A stretch of 64,000 nt of DNA, taken from positions 544,001 to 608,000 of the forward strand of contig CM000433.1 of NCBI GenBank assembly GCA_000165345.1, given 5' to 3'. The translations under genes and the position numbers were made by a program. Of this stretch, positions 36,346 to 46,605 are shown in pieces (position 1 is the first letter of the stretch; each line of letters starts with the position of its first letter). The notes under the pieces were generated by a model. It searched no databases and had not been told where the DNA came from. It saw nothing but the letters and a program-made list of their open reading frames with translations.

Positions 36346-39300
36346 ATGCCAATTGAAAAAAAAGAAGTTTTCAAAGCCATATTCAAATCCAAAGAAAGAA
36401 AGCCAATAAAGGAAAAGAAAAAAAAACAAATAAATAGAGATAAATTTGTCAAGAATAATGTAAGGTATATTGCTCCAAATAATGAAAAGGTCAAATTAAA
36501 GATTGAAAAAATGGAGAAGGATTTAAAGAGGGCAAAAAACAAAACAAAACTGATGAGATTTTTTGATAATAAAGCAATTTCAAGATCAAGTCCATTAGAT
36601 AGCCGGCTTGGAACTTACTATGAATTTGAAAATGAAGTAAAAATGAGTATTCTTACGACAGAAGGAACTGAAGTTAGTAGCATTACTTTAAATTTAGAAA
36701 TCACAGCTGAAAATATTAAGCATGAAAAGATACCAGGACTTTACCACTTTATGATTCAAATACTTTTTTCTGAGAAATTTCTTGAAATTGAGTATAATTG
36801 GAATCCACTTGAACCATCATCTTTTAGAGAATATGTTAAAGATATAGGAGGAAAAATTAATATCCAATATTTACCTTCTTGTATTATGATAAGTGTTGGA
36901 TGTCCTTCAAAACACTATATTAAGATGTTGGAACATTTCTTTAATACAATTTATTTGAAAAATAAAGGAAAACCAAGAAAATTAATTTTAAGGAAAAGTT
37001 CGATTGAGCAGGCAATACAAAATATGAATTTGAATTATGTTGAATATATCCAAGATGAATCTTATTTACGTTTTGAAATTCTGAGAGAATTTATTAAGAA
37101 TAATGCCAAATCCTTTCAAAGAACAACAAACCATAAAACTATTGATATACTTAAATTGTGGTCAATTGGTTCAGAATCCACAGTATTATCTTTAATTAAA
37201 GAAGGGAATTTGGAGGTAGAAATAATGCAAGCTTATAATCGAATTATCAGCAATAAACCAGTAATTGTTGCTTTCCATTCAAACATTTCCAATGAAAAAC
37301 TTTTTAAAATATTGAATGATTTTAATATTCCAATTTTGCAAGAAAATGAGAAAATTAAAGATAACACCAATAAAACCATAGGAGATAATAAATCCCTCTT
37401 TAAGCAATCAAAATCTAAGAATAATAAGAACCAAAATAATAATTATTCTGAGCTACCTCCTGTTGCAGTAGCAGATTTGAAACCTTCAATAATAGTAAAT
37501 TCTCCAATTCATGACTCCATAAATAGTAATGGAGAGATTGAAATTCAATGGATTATTCCTGCTTTCTATTCATCTCTTTCGTCATCAAATTCAAAACCAC
37601 TAAAAGTTATTTCTTATTTATTAGAATCTGGAAGTCTTGTGAATTTTTTGAATAAAAGAAAACTTATTAAATCAGTTAGTAGTGGAGAAGTATACTTTGC
37701 AGCTCACTCATCACAAAAGCTTGGATTTACTATATATTCTGTTATTATTAAACTTTCAGAAAAGTTTGAATCTGAAATTGACCCCAAATCACCATTAATT
37801 CAATTTATTGTTCAATCCATATTTGCTTACTTTAATTCATTAATAAAACAAATTGAAGATAGCTTAAATAACTTAGATATTAAATCCACAAAAAAAGATA
37901 TTTTAGAGAATAAAGAAACCAATCGACCATTTCTTGCCATATGTGATATACTCCAAATTGAAAACTACATTTCAAACTCAAATTACCAAATGAATAGTGA
38001 AAGAGAAAACTATATTGATTACTTTGATCGTAATTTTGAAACCACAGAAATTGCCATACAAAACTTAAAATCGCATAATCCAAGCGAAATTCTGGTTGGT
38101 AATAACCGTTTTTATTCAAAAATTAAAGTAATTTTGAAATATGTAAAATTCACTCTTGAAAATGCACTCAAACCTTCAAATTTTATTATTTTTATTACTT
38201 CAAAAGCCTTTTTCAATAATAATAATGAGTATAATTTCAAAAAGCTCAAGCTTCTATTGCCAGACCCACCTACAATTAATTATTTTGAGCTCAAATTTGA
38301 GCCGAACTTCCTCAATTTACTGAAAGATCCTGAAAACTTGAAGAAATATGTCATCAAAATGGATCCATTAAGACAAGTAATACTTAAGAACGAAATAAAA
38401 GATGAATATGACTTCCTGATTTCTCCGCATCATCTTTTGAAGAATTCAGAATTAACTTTTTTAGATGGAGAATTTGAATGGAGCTCTTTTTCAAACCAAA
38501 TTGAAGATGATAATCCAATACAAGGCACAACTCCTTATATTTCAGAACCGAAAATCATATCACAAGATGAGAATAATAAATTCTTAATTTACTACTCTCA
38601 GATCAATTATCCAGATAAATCCAGTGAAATTCTTCAAAGCTCTTTATCTTCTGCTATTATTAGATGGTATGATAGTATTGATTACTCCAAGCTATTATTA
38701 AATAAAGGAAAACAAGGAAATCTAACAAAAAATTCGATACTTGCTTCCTTTATTTCAAGAATTATCTTTGCTATATGGATAACAACGACCTTATCTCTGA
38801 ACTTTAATTCATATAGAAAAATTGGTGCAACCATTAACTTCCAGCCTTGCCATCATTTTGGCACAGCTTTATCGACAAATTGTGTACAATTACAAGTAAC
38901 ATCTCCATCGCCCATGTTTCCAGAATACTTGAAAGAGGTTCTTAAATCTATTCGAACTGTCTCTATGCTGAATATATCGAAAGAACTCTCTGAAAGGGTT
39001 AAAGTGGATGCAATTAAGGAAATTAATCAATCAATATTAGCGAATAGTGCAACCAATTATTGTACTGATAAGATCAAGCAATTGTTTCTTCCTGAGATAT
39101 TTACGCATGAAGAAGTGCTTTCTGAGATAAAAGAGTTAGAAAGTGATGAAATAACTATTCTTTTGGACAAAAAACTTGATATTAAAAATCCATATATCAA
39201 TGTAATTGGATTAATTACTCATATTGATGAACCAAATGTTAGTTTTGATATTGTAAAAGAGTCCCTTATTTCAAATACATGCTTTAATGACTTTAAATAC

Positions 39301-40167
39301 TTTCCTGATTCACTTTACACGAAGAATACTTCCGGAGAAATTAAATTTCCCCATCCTTTATTAGAAGAAATTGATTCATCAAGAACAAGATTATTATTTT
39401 ATGCCAATAAGGAGAACAAAAATAACCAATCAAATAAAAATGAAAATTTTGAAATGTTAATTTCCACTCTTTGGATTTCAGCCTCTAAAAATGATATCCA
39501 ACAAAAGTCAATGTTAATACTTCTTGTTAGTCTCATTCAATTTACTTTTAAGAATATGTATCTCCCAACTTCACTTTTGGTTGATAAATCTCAAAGAAAG
39601 AATATTAACTTACTCGTGATACCTTCTCCTTTCCTTAAAAAACTTGGGCTACAGTTGATTCTTGAAGTTTCTGATAATAAAGTCTTCTCTAGTAAAGACA
39701 TAACGACTTCAATTTTACTATTAGACTTCCTTTCATTTATTGAAAATTCCGAATTCACTGAATTCAACTACAATCAAGATAATAAACCCTATGACAAGTC
39801 AAACCACTTGATTGATCAGTCTTTGAGTCTCAATTTTAAACAAATCAAAACTGAAGTCATCCTCCAATTATTACTCTCTCAAACTCAAATTGTAGCCCAA
39901 TCTTCCTATCTTTTTAGCAGAATTGTCGAATATTTTGAGTCAGAAAGCTTTTCTCCTTCGAATCAAAACACGAGTAGAATTTCTAACGAAAAAGAACAGA
40001 TAAACAGAATTATCAAAAGTACCAGTTTAAATTCTGCCATATCATTTATTAAATCCATTATTTCCAATAACTCAATGATTTTAGTTGAATTAAACGCTCA
40101 AAATGGCAATTCAAATAATCCAGAAAATGAAATCATGCTTAAATACGATTTCAAACTTGCTAATTAA
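36346..40167 (+). CDS. Large (1273 aa) protein, possibly a non-catalytic insulinase-like (peptidase M16 fold) protein.
   Basis: The uninterrupted ORF has a K-rich N-terminus. GLYHFMIQILFSEKF occupies the position of, and resembles, the M16 zinc-binding motif G.AHF.EHM.F.G..K, but lacks HxxEH. The overall size matches the expanded apicomplexan insulinase-like family. Confidence 0.4.
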   Translation: MPIEKKEVFKAIFKSKERKPIKEKKKKQINRDKFVKNNVRYIAPNNEKVKLKIEKMEKDLKRAKNKTKLMRFFDNKAISRSSPLDSRLGTYYEFENEVKMSILTTEGTEVSSITLNLEITAENIKHEKIPGLYHFMIQILFSEKFLEIEYNWNPLEPSSFREYVKDIGGKINIQYLPSCIMISVGCPSKHYIKMLEHFFNTIYLKNKGKPRKLILRKSSIEQAIQNMNLNYVEYIQDESYLRFEILREFIKNNAKSFQRTTNHKTIDILKLWSIGSESTVLSLIKEGNLEVEIMQAYNRIISNKPVIVAFHSNISNEKLFKILNDFNIPILQENEKIKDNTNKTIGDNKSLFKQSKSKNNKNQNNNYSELPPVAVADLKPSIIVNSPIHDSINSNGEIEIQWIIPAFYSSLSSSNSKPLKVISYLLESGSLVNFLNKRKLIKSVSSGEVYFAAHSSQKLGFTIYSVIIKLSEKFESEIDPKSPLIQFIVQSIFAYFNSLIKQIEDSLNNLDIKSTKKDILENKETNRPFLAICDILQIENYISNSNYQMNSERENYIDYFDRNFETTEIAIQNLKSHNPSEILVGNNRFYSKIKVILKYVKFTLENALKPSNFIIFITSKAFFNNNNEYNFKKLKLLLPDPPTINYFELKFEPNFLNLLKDPENLKKYVIKMDPLRQVILKNEIKDEYDFLISPHHLLKNSELTFLDGEFEWSSFSNQIEDDNPIQGTTPYISEPKIISQDENNKFLIYYSQINYPDKSSEILQSSLSSAIIRWYDSIDYSKLLLNKGKQGNLTKNSILASFISRIIFAIWITTTLSLNFNSYRKIGATINFQPCHHFGTALSTNCVQLQVTSPSPMFPEYLKEVLKSIRTVSMLNISKELSERVKVDAIKEINQSILANSATNYCTDKIKQLFLPEIFTHEEVLSEIKELESDEITILLDKKLDIKNPYINVIGLITHIDEPNVSFDIVKESLISNTCFNDFKYFPDSLYTKNTSGEIKFPHPLLEEIDSSRTRLLFYANKENKNNQSNKNENFEMLISTLWISASKNDIQQKSMLILLVSLIQFTFKNMYLPTSLLVDKSQRKNINLLVIPSPFLKKLGLQLILEVSDNKVFSSKDITTSILLLDFLSFIENSEFTEFNYNQDNKPYDKSNHLIDQSLSLNFKQIKTEVILQLLLSQTQIVAQSSYLFSRIVEYFESESFSPSNQNTSRISNEKEQINRIIKSTSLNSAISFIKSIISNNSMILVELNAQNGNSNNPENEIMLKYDFKLAN

Positions 40168-40558
40168 AGATTAAATAGTCTTCCTTAGCTTATTTCATTC
40201 AATTTCCTCACTTTTTTCAATAATAAAAATTTTATTTAAAAAAAAACATCTTAATTCTTCAGTTTTGTCTGGTTTAGAATTTTAATTAAATTCATGTGGA
40301 CAAAATTATTTGGCAATTAAGAGTTTGTATACCGGTATTGTGTGCAACATGCAAATTTATTTCTCAAAGTTAAATGCAATTTGTGGGGAGTTGTATGGCG
40401 GTAATGCAAAATTTTTGCTGTTTCTTCAGCCGCCTGCAAATAATATTTTGATTTGAATTTACAATGGCATTGAGACAGACTCTCAGGTTCGCCAATAAAC
40501 AAACTCAATTAAACTATTTATTTGACTGAATATTATTTTTGTTGAGCAGAAATTTAAA

Positions 40559-41623
40559 ATGGCAGTTTATGAGTCAAAAGCATATGCAGCTTTGGGCCCT
40601 TCTCAAGATTTAGTACCACATAAATATGAGATAAAGTCATACGAACCAAATGAAGCTAAAATCAAAGTTTTATATTGTGGAATTTGCCACAGTGATGTTC
40701 ATCAAGTAAAAAATGAATGGTTTCCAGGAATTTTCCCAATGGTCCCGGGCCACGAAATTATCGGTATTGTTGAGGAAATTGGAGAAAATGTTACAAAAGT
40801 GAAAGTGGGTGATTGCGTAGGAATAGGATGTATTGTTGATTCATGCATGAGCTGTAATGCCTGTAAGGATGGGTATGAACAATTTTGTGGAAGCCTTTCA
40901 CTCACTTATAATGGTCGCTATAAAAATGGAATGAATACTTATGGAGGATATGGTACATATGTTACTTGTAACGAGCACTTCTTACTTAAGATCCCAGAAA
41001 ACTTGGATAAAGCAGCTGCAGCTCCATTGCTCTGTGCTGGAGTCACCGTTTATTCTCCAATGATTAGGAACAAGATGAACAGACCCGGATTCAAGTTGGC
41101 TGTAGTTGGATTGGGAGGTTTGGGTCACATGGCTGTCAAGTTTGGTGTCAGCTTCGGATGTGAAGTTGCTGTAATCACTCGTTCAGAAAGTAAAAAAGAA
41201 TATGCCCTTGCTATGGGAGCCAAACATTTTATTAAATTTGACGATCCAGAAGCACTTGAAAAGTTCAGCGGATACTTTGATGGTATTATTGATACTGTTT
41301 CTGGAAAAAGGTCAGTGGAAAACCTATTGAAATTGCTCTCTTACCACGGAGTCATGGCATGTGTTGGAGCTCCTCCTGCTGGTGAAACTTCCGAATTCAA
41401 TTCATTTTCAGTAATATTTGGTGAAAAAACCATCACAGGTGGTAATATTGGTAATATTGAAATCACTCAACAAATGCTTAACTACTGTGGTGAGCACAAT
41501 ATTACATCTACTATTGAACTAATTAAGCTAAACCAAGTCAACGAGGCCTACGAAAAAATGCTCAAGAGCGATGTTAAATTTAGGTTTGTAATTGATGTCG
41601 CTAACTCTCAAGATCAAGTTTGA
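40559..41623 (+). CDS. Zinc-dependent medium-chain alcohol dehydrogenase, NADP-type (cinnamyl-alcohol dehydrogenase / yeast ADH6-7-like).
   Basis: Has the GHEIIGIVEEIGENVTKVKVGD catalytic-zinc motif, C..C..C..C structural-zinc cysteines (CMSCNACKDGYEQFC), and the GLGGLGHMAVKFG Rossmann motif. Confidence 0.9.
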   Translation: MAVYESKAYAALGPSQDLVPHKYEIKSYEPNEAKIKVLYCGICHSDVHQVKNEWFPGIFPMVPGHEIIGIVEEIGENVTKVKVGDCVGIGCIVDSCMSCNACKDGYEQFCGSLSLTYNGRYKNGMNTYGGYGTYVTCNEHFLLKIPENLDKAAAAPLLCAGVTVYSPMIRNKMNRPGFKLAVVGLGGLGHMAVKFGVSFGCEVAVITRSESKKEYALAMGAKHFIKFDDPEALEKFSGYFDGIIDTVSGKRSVENLLKLLSYHGVMACVGAPPAGETSEFNSFSVIFGEKTITGGNIGNIEITQQMLNYCGEHNITSTIELIKLNQVNEAYEKMLKSDVKFRFVIDVANSQDQV

Positions 41624-42256
41624 AATAAAGAATTTAAAAAACTGTATTTTGGTTGTTTTTTATGTGTGCTTTTTTTTTTTTTTTTTGTGATAATAAGTGC
41701 TAAATATTATTCGTCTGCTTTTTCATCGCCCCACTTGCATTTAACCAACTATCGATTTTGCCGCCACACGTGTTTTTTGACTATCCCTACGGTATATATT
41801 TGCATGCATGTGATTATGTGCACAAAATGCCAATCTTTTGCAATAATTTCATGTGGACAACCTTTCAAAATACAGAAATGATGTAAAGATTCACTGTGTA
41901 TACATAATCGCTAAGAAAATAATTATTCTAAATGAAAATTAACAGTAATATTTTATTTTTTTCTGAATTTAAACAGATGTTTTTAAATAAACTAATCATT
42001 AATTTAAATAAAATGAAGAAGGAAAAGTTTTTAAATTATAATTATGGAAATTATGAATTATTTGAGTCTAGTCCCAGACCTTTAATGAAATGTTTTCCAA
42101 CAAATATAAATAACAAAATTAAAAAATAAAAAAAGGTGGAATAATAATACCTGTAATCAGTGTGAAAAAAAAACGAGAAATTAAACACACTGTAATAATA
42201 CAATAGTTTTCTTTAAACTTGAAAGACTTAATACAAAATCTTAGAGTTCAGAAGAA

Positions 42257-45200
42257 ATGAAAGCGGCTCTGATTTTGGTTATTAGCATTGTAATTTGCTT
42301 TAAAAATGTATTTTCGCAAGGTGAAGAACTAATCAATAATATTAATGAGATTCAAAATTTGAATATAAATAAAACAATTAATGAAACTGTAAGATTAAAT
42401 GATAAAAAAGCTGATAATTCCACAAAGGAAGAAGATAAAGGATTTAGAATAAATCCAATTTCTTGGGACAATGTATTGAACGGATTAAGTGATATTTTTA
42501 ATGAAATTAATTGCTTATTTAATAAATTATGGGAATCTATAAGAATTTATATTAAAGGCAAAGAGGGTGTTTCAGAGGAAAATGAAATAAATACATTTAA
42601 TCAATCATTAATAAATTCTTCATCCACACTTGTAAAAAATCTTGAAGACAGACTCTTATGGTCATTCACAATTCCAGAATTTAAAATTAAGCTACCAAGT
42701 TTAAATACAACGGGGATTTTATTTGGAAATAAAAGTGCTAAAGATAAACAGAAGTTGGAACTAATGAAAATCAATCGCTCAACTTCAGAGGAGGAAATAT
42801 TGTCAGGGATTTTACTTTCATGTGCATTTTTTGCTTTGTATTTGATTTGCTGGATTTTTGCATATGTGAAAGATTTGTCTGATTGGGTTAGTATATTAAA
42901 AAGACCGAATTTGATATTTTTACAACAAATTCCAAGCAACAATCAATTGAAAAGTAAAAATGAAGAGAGAATTAACATGTTTAATGGGATAAAGTTCCCA
43001 TATACCAATTTATATTTTATTCCACCGATCAAAATGAAAGTGGGGTATGTAAGAATATTAACTATTACCATGCAAACAGTATTTTTTCCGCTAACTCTCA
43101 TTCATTTTATAACTTCAAAATTTAAAGTTTCTCATTTTCACTTTGAATATTTCAATAGCAAATTAAAGAGTTATTATGAGACAATGAAAAATGATGGATT
43201 TGTTTTGAATTACTTTTATATGACAAACCAGGAATATAGGTCTAAAGATGGAATCAAAATATCAGAGAAAAAATTTTCAAAAAGTATTTACGATGAAAAT
43301 ATTGTATTATTGAATATTATTAGATTTATTTCTTCTAAAGAGAATTCTAATAAACTTCCATCTATGGAAGATTTGAAGAATTGGTGTCATGGATTTTGGT
43401 TCAAGGCAAATAAGATAGATATATCGCAATATAAGGAGTTACTTCCAAGAATTGCTTGTCTTATCATTTTAAGAAAGCTTGTCCGAAGTGAGCAAATTTC
43501 TTATGACTATCTAAGAAGGTTAAGGATGCAAATAATTGGAGCTAACAATCAAGCAGATCTTGTGAGAGATTGGATCAAGTCTACATTAGTAAGAAATAAT
43601 CCAAAACTCAATTTTCCAAATCAATGGACTCAAAGAAGTCCTACAGGATCAATAAAGATTAATATTCATGATAATGGAATTTATACTCTTATTAATGATT
43701 ATTTGAATAGAGTTGGGATTCATTCTGAATGCCAAATAAAATTACTAATGGAATTAACTTCAGGACAAGTTCAAAATTTGGAATGTTATTTGTGGCTAAT
43801 TGATGAGCTTCAAACAATATGTATTCACCCAAGGATACTATGTGATTGTATTAAAGGATTTGATTCTTTGGAATGGATTGGTCCAATGGGATTTTTACCA
43901 TTTGACAATATTAAATCGATATTGATAAATGATACCGTTGCAGGAACTGTTACATTAACATTGGAAGAAAATAAGTCGAAATCTAAAGTTCTTAAAAGAG
44001 AAGTTACTTCTAGGGCAAACAAATCTAATGGAAAAATATCCACATTTGAAGGAAATTTACGCATTTCAGAAATTGAAAAAACGTATAAAAATAATCCCAT
44101 CATAAAGTTTACGGTATTAGAAGAAAAAGATGATATTTCAAGCTTAAACCACTTAATAAAAAGTCTCATACCACAATCAAGGTCAAAACAAAGTTATGAC
44201 AATGAGCTTTCTGACTTTTCTACAGAAGCTTCAATGACTATGGACCTCAATTCAACATTGAACAGTACTTTACCAAGAAGTGTATTAAATGAAGGAACAA
44301 ATGATGTATTTTGGGGTGAAAAGTTGAATATCAGATCAAAAAATGTCAAGGGAGATTATGAAATAGATTATAATTCAACATGTTTTTGGGATTTTGATAT
44401 GCCAATACCATTTACAGCCACATCTGTATTAATTAACAATGTTTTAACTTATGTTTGGATTAATTATGATTCAAAATTACTCTGTATTCAAAGAAAGGAT
44501 TCTCCTATCGAAAAAACAGGAGATTTCAAGTCTAATGATAATTTAAAGAATCAATTAAGCCAAATTAATCAATTGAAAGAATCTATGGCTCTAAATAAAA
44601 TTAGAAGTTTTGATGATGATATAGTAATTGAGAGTGTGAATAACACTCCAAATTCTGATTCATGTATTGAAATTTTGAATCTAGGTAATATTCTTGGTGA
44701 GAAAAATAAAGAAATCAAGTATTCTAGTGATAATCACATTAATAACAAAGCAAATACTGTTACAAGAGGATTTATGGATAAAGGAAGATTATCCACAAAT
44801 TTTGACCAAGACAAACAAGAGGAAATTGAGGCAGAAGCACATAATATTGTCAATAAATGGTTGCCGTTTGACAAGAGCTTATATTCAGCTTTTGGTGTTT
44901 TGACATATGATGATATCCAAAATCTTCATCCTGTATATGCAGTACCTGGTATTTTAAACGGAGCTTTTTGTACTAGAGGGTTTTTTATTGGATCAATTAT
45001 TAATGTGCATGTTATTGGAGACTTTGTTGATGATATTATTGATGAATATGCAATTGGAATAGAATCTCAGTTACTAATTACCTTTGAGGGCGGATTAAGT
45101 TTAAGAATTAATACTTTTTCCCAAGGAGCAGCGAACTCTCTTAAGGAGAATTTGGAATCAATTATCGATAATTTAGAAGAAAATATTTTATTACCCATGA

Positions 45201-46036
45201 GACAAAGTATAAGTAATATAAGTAAAGAAAGTAAAAAAGAACTAAATAGTGAAAGCAATCTAGTAACTAATTTGGAAGATACTTTATTTTCAGTTGGGGT
45301 AAGCCCTCCTGATTTGATTTCTCGTTGTGAACAGTTGACTGAATATGAGAAAACCTCTTTCAAAGATAGCTTTATAAAAAGTTTTACAAAATTCAACCCT
45401 CTAATTGGAAGACTTCAATGGAACTCATCCTCTCCAAGGACATATAGGTGGCTTTCATATACTGCAAGTACTTCTTTATCACACTTTTTAATATTCTATC
45501 TTTTGAGTTCTATACCAAGAATTAACAAGGTTGAAAATGGAATTTTGGTTGGTTGGATTGCATATTGTATATTAAATATATCAAAGATAACTTTAGACAC
45601 AGCTATGGGATTTTCCTCAGTATTAAATATCATGTCAATAAGACAACAAGCTGCTTATTCATATTTTAGATTATGGTCTATTTGGCTTACTTCAAGCTTT
45701 TGTATTCTAATTACAATAGTTTTATCAGTTTTAACTATTTTACAGTCAGCAAAGCCTATAAACAATATTGAAGCATCAAGTGGATTCATTCTCAATGATA
45801 TTAATTATTCCATTTCAACATGGATCGCTGGATTTATTGTCACTTTTCTATCATTATTCCTCCAGCCTTTGGTTCTAGCTTTGAGTTATAGCATTATATT
45901 ATTACTTTCTAAGAAAACAAGTTCATTTGATGGACTTGTGGCATTCTTCAAGACATTCAGCGATATTCACGTCAACAAAAATGGACGAATGCCAGTGAGA
46001 CCTGAATGTGTTATTAAGATGCAATGTAAACATTAA
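42257..46036 (+). CDS. Large (1259 aa) signal-peptide-bearing membrane protein. It has an N-terminal luminal or extracellular region and about 6 C-terminal TM helices. No recognisable domain.
   Basis: Signal peptide MKAALILVISIVICFKNVFSQ. Hydrophobic helices are concentrated in the last ~250 residues. Confidence 0.5.
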   Translation: MKAALILVISIVICFKNVFSQGEELINNINEIQNLNINKTINETVRLNDKKADNSTKEEDKGFRINPISWDNVLNGLSDIFNEINCLFNKLWESIRIYIKGKEGVSEENEINTFNQSLINSSSTLVKNLEDRLLWSFTIPEFKIKLPSLNTTGILFGNKSAKDKQKLELMKINRSTSEEEILSGILLSCAFFALYLICWIFAYVKDLSDWVSILKRPNLIFLQQIPSNNQLKSKNEERINMFNGIKFPYTNLYFIPPIKMKVGYVRILTITMQTVFFPLTLIHFITSKFKVSHFHFEYFNSKLKSYYETMKNDGFVLNYFYMTNQEYRSKDGIKISEKKFSKSIYDENIVLLNIIRFISSKENSNKLPSMEDLKNWCHGFWFKANKIDISQYKELLPRIACLIILRKLVRSEQISYDYLRRLRMQIIGANNQADLVRDWIKSTLVRNNPKLNFPNQWTQRSPTGSIKINIHDNGIYTLINDYLNRVGIHSECQIKLLMELTSGQVQNLECYLWLIDELQTICIHPRILCDCIKGFDSLEWIGPMGFLPFDNIKSILINDTVAGTVTLTLEENKSKSKVLKREVTSRANKSNGKISTFEGNLRISEIEKTYKNNPIIKFTVLEEKDDISSLNHLIKSLIPQSRSKQSYDNELSDFSTEASMTMDLNSTLNSTLPRSVLNEGTNDVFWGEKLNIRSKNVKGDYEIDYNSTCFWDFDMPIPFTATSVLINNVLTYVWINYDSKLLCIQRKDSPIEKTGDFKSNDNLKNQLSQINQLKESMALNKIRSFDDDIVIESVNNTPNSDSCIEILNLGNILGEKNKEIKYSSDNHINNKANTVTRGFMDKGRLSTNFDQDKQEEIEAEAHNIVNKWLPFDKSLYSAFGVLTYDDIQNLHPVYAVPGILNGAFCTRGFFIGSIINVHVIGDFVDDIIDEYAIGIESQLLITFEGGLSLRINTFSQGAANSLKENLESIIDNLEENILLPMRQSISNISKESKKELNSESNLVTNLEDTLFSVGVSPPDLISRCEQLTEYEKTSFKDSFIKSFTKFNPLIGRLQWNSSSPRTYRWLSYTASTSLSHFLIFYLLSSIPRINKVENGILVGWIAYCILNISKITLDTAMGFSSVLNIMSIRQQAAYSYFRLWSIWLTSSFCILITIVLSVLTILQSAKPINNIEASSGFILNDINYSISTWIAGFIVTFLSLFLQPLVLALSYSIILLLSKKTSSFDGLVAFFKTFSDIHVNKNGRMPVRPECVIKMQCKH

Positions 46037-46248
46037 TCAAACCTAACAAGTTGTGTGGAAGCTAAAGAAATGGGGAGTGAATATATTGAAATTATTTGTC
46101 TATGAAGGTTATATTTTCATAAAGAAAAAATCATTTTTTTTGTAAAATATAAATAAAAAAAAGAATAAAAAGAAATTTCTTTAATAAACAAAATCCAATC
46201 ATTATTTCGAGTTATAATATTCAACTATTTCATTAATTAAATATTTGA

Positions 46249-46261
46249 TTTTGGCGGGAAC
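46249..46261. promoter_or_regulatory. E2F-like G-box TTTTGGCGGGAAC upstream of the 46606 gene.
   Basis: Exact GGCGGGAA core, ~345 nt upstream of the ATG. Confidence 0.5.
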
Positions 46262-46605
46262 GCTCCGAGTAAATATTTACATGTAAAAAAGAGTTATATA
46301 ATTAAAAGAGAGATAATGGGAATTAAAAAAGAGCGATTAATAAAGTGGTGGAGAGGAGTCTTTTGAAAAGATACGTTATTTTTTAGATACTATAAGAGGA
46401 GTTTGGTAATTATTTATTTAGTGAATAAATAGTGGACATTTGTATAAAGGTGGTGAATGATTAGGAGATAAAAAATTGATTGGAATTACATCAGGAGAAA
46501 AAGCTAAGCTAAATTAAATTGATTAAAGAGAAAAGTATTAGAAAAAGAATAACTGAGTAATTAGGAGGATATAAATATTGATTAGAAGAGTAAATAAAGT
46601 TAAGA

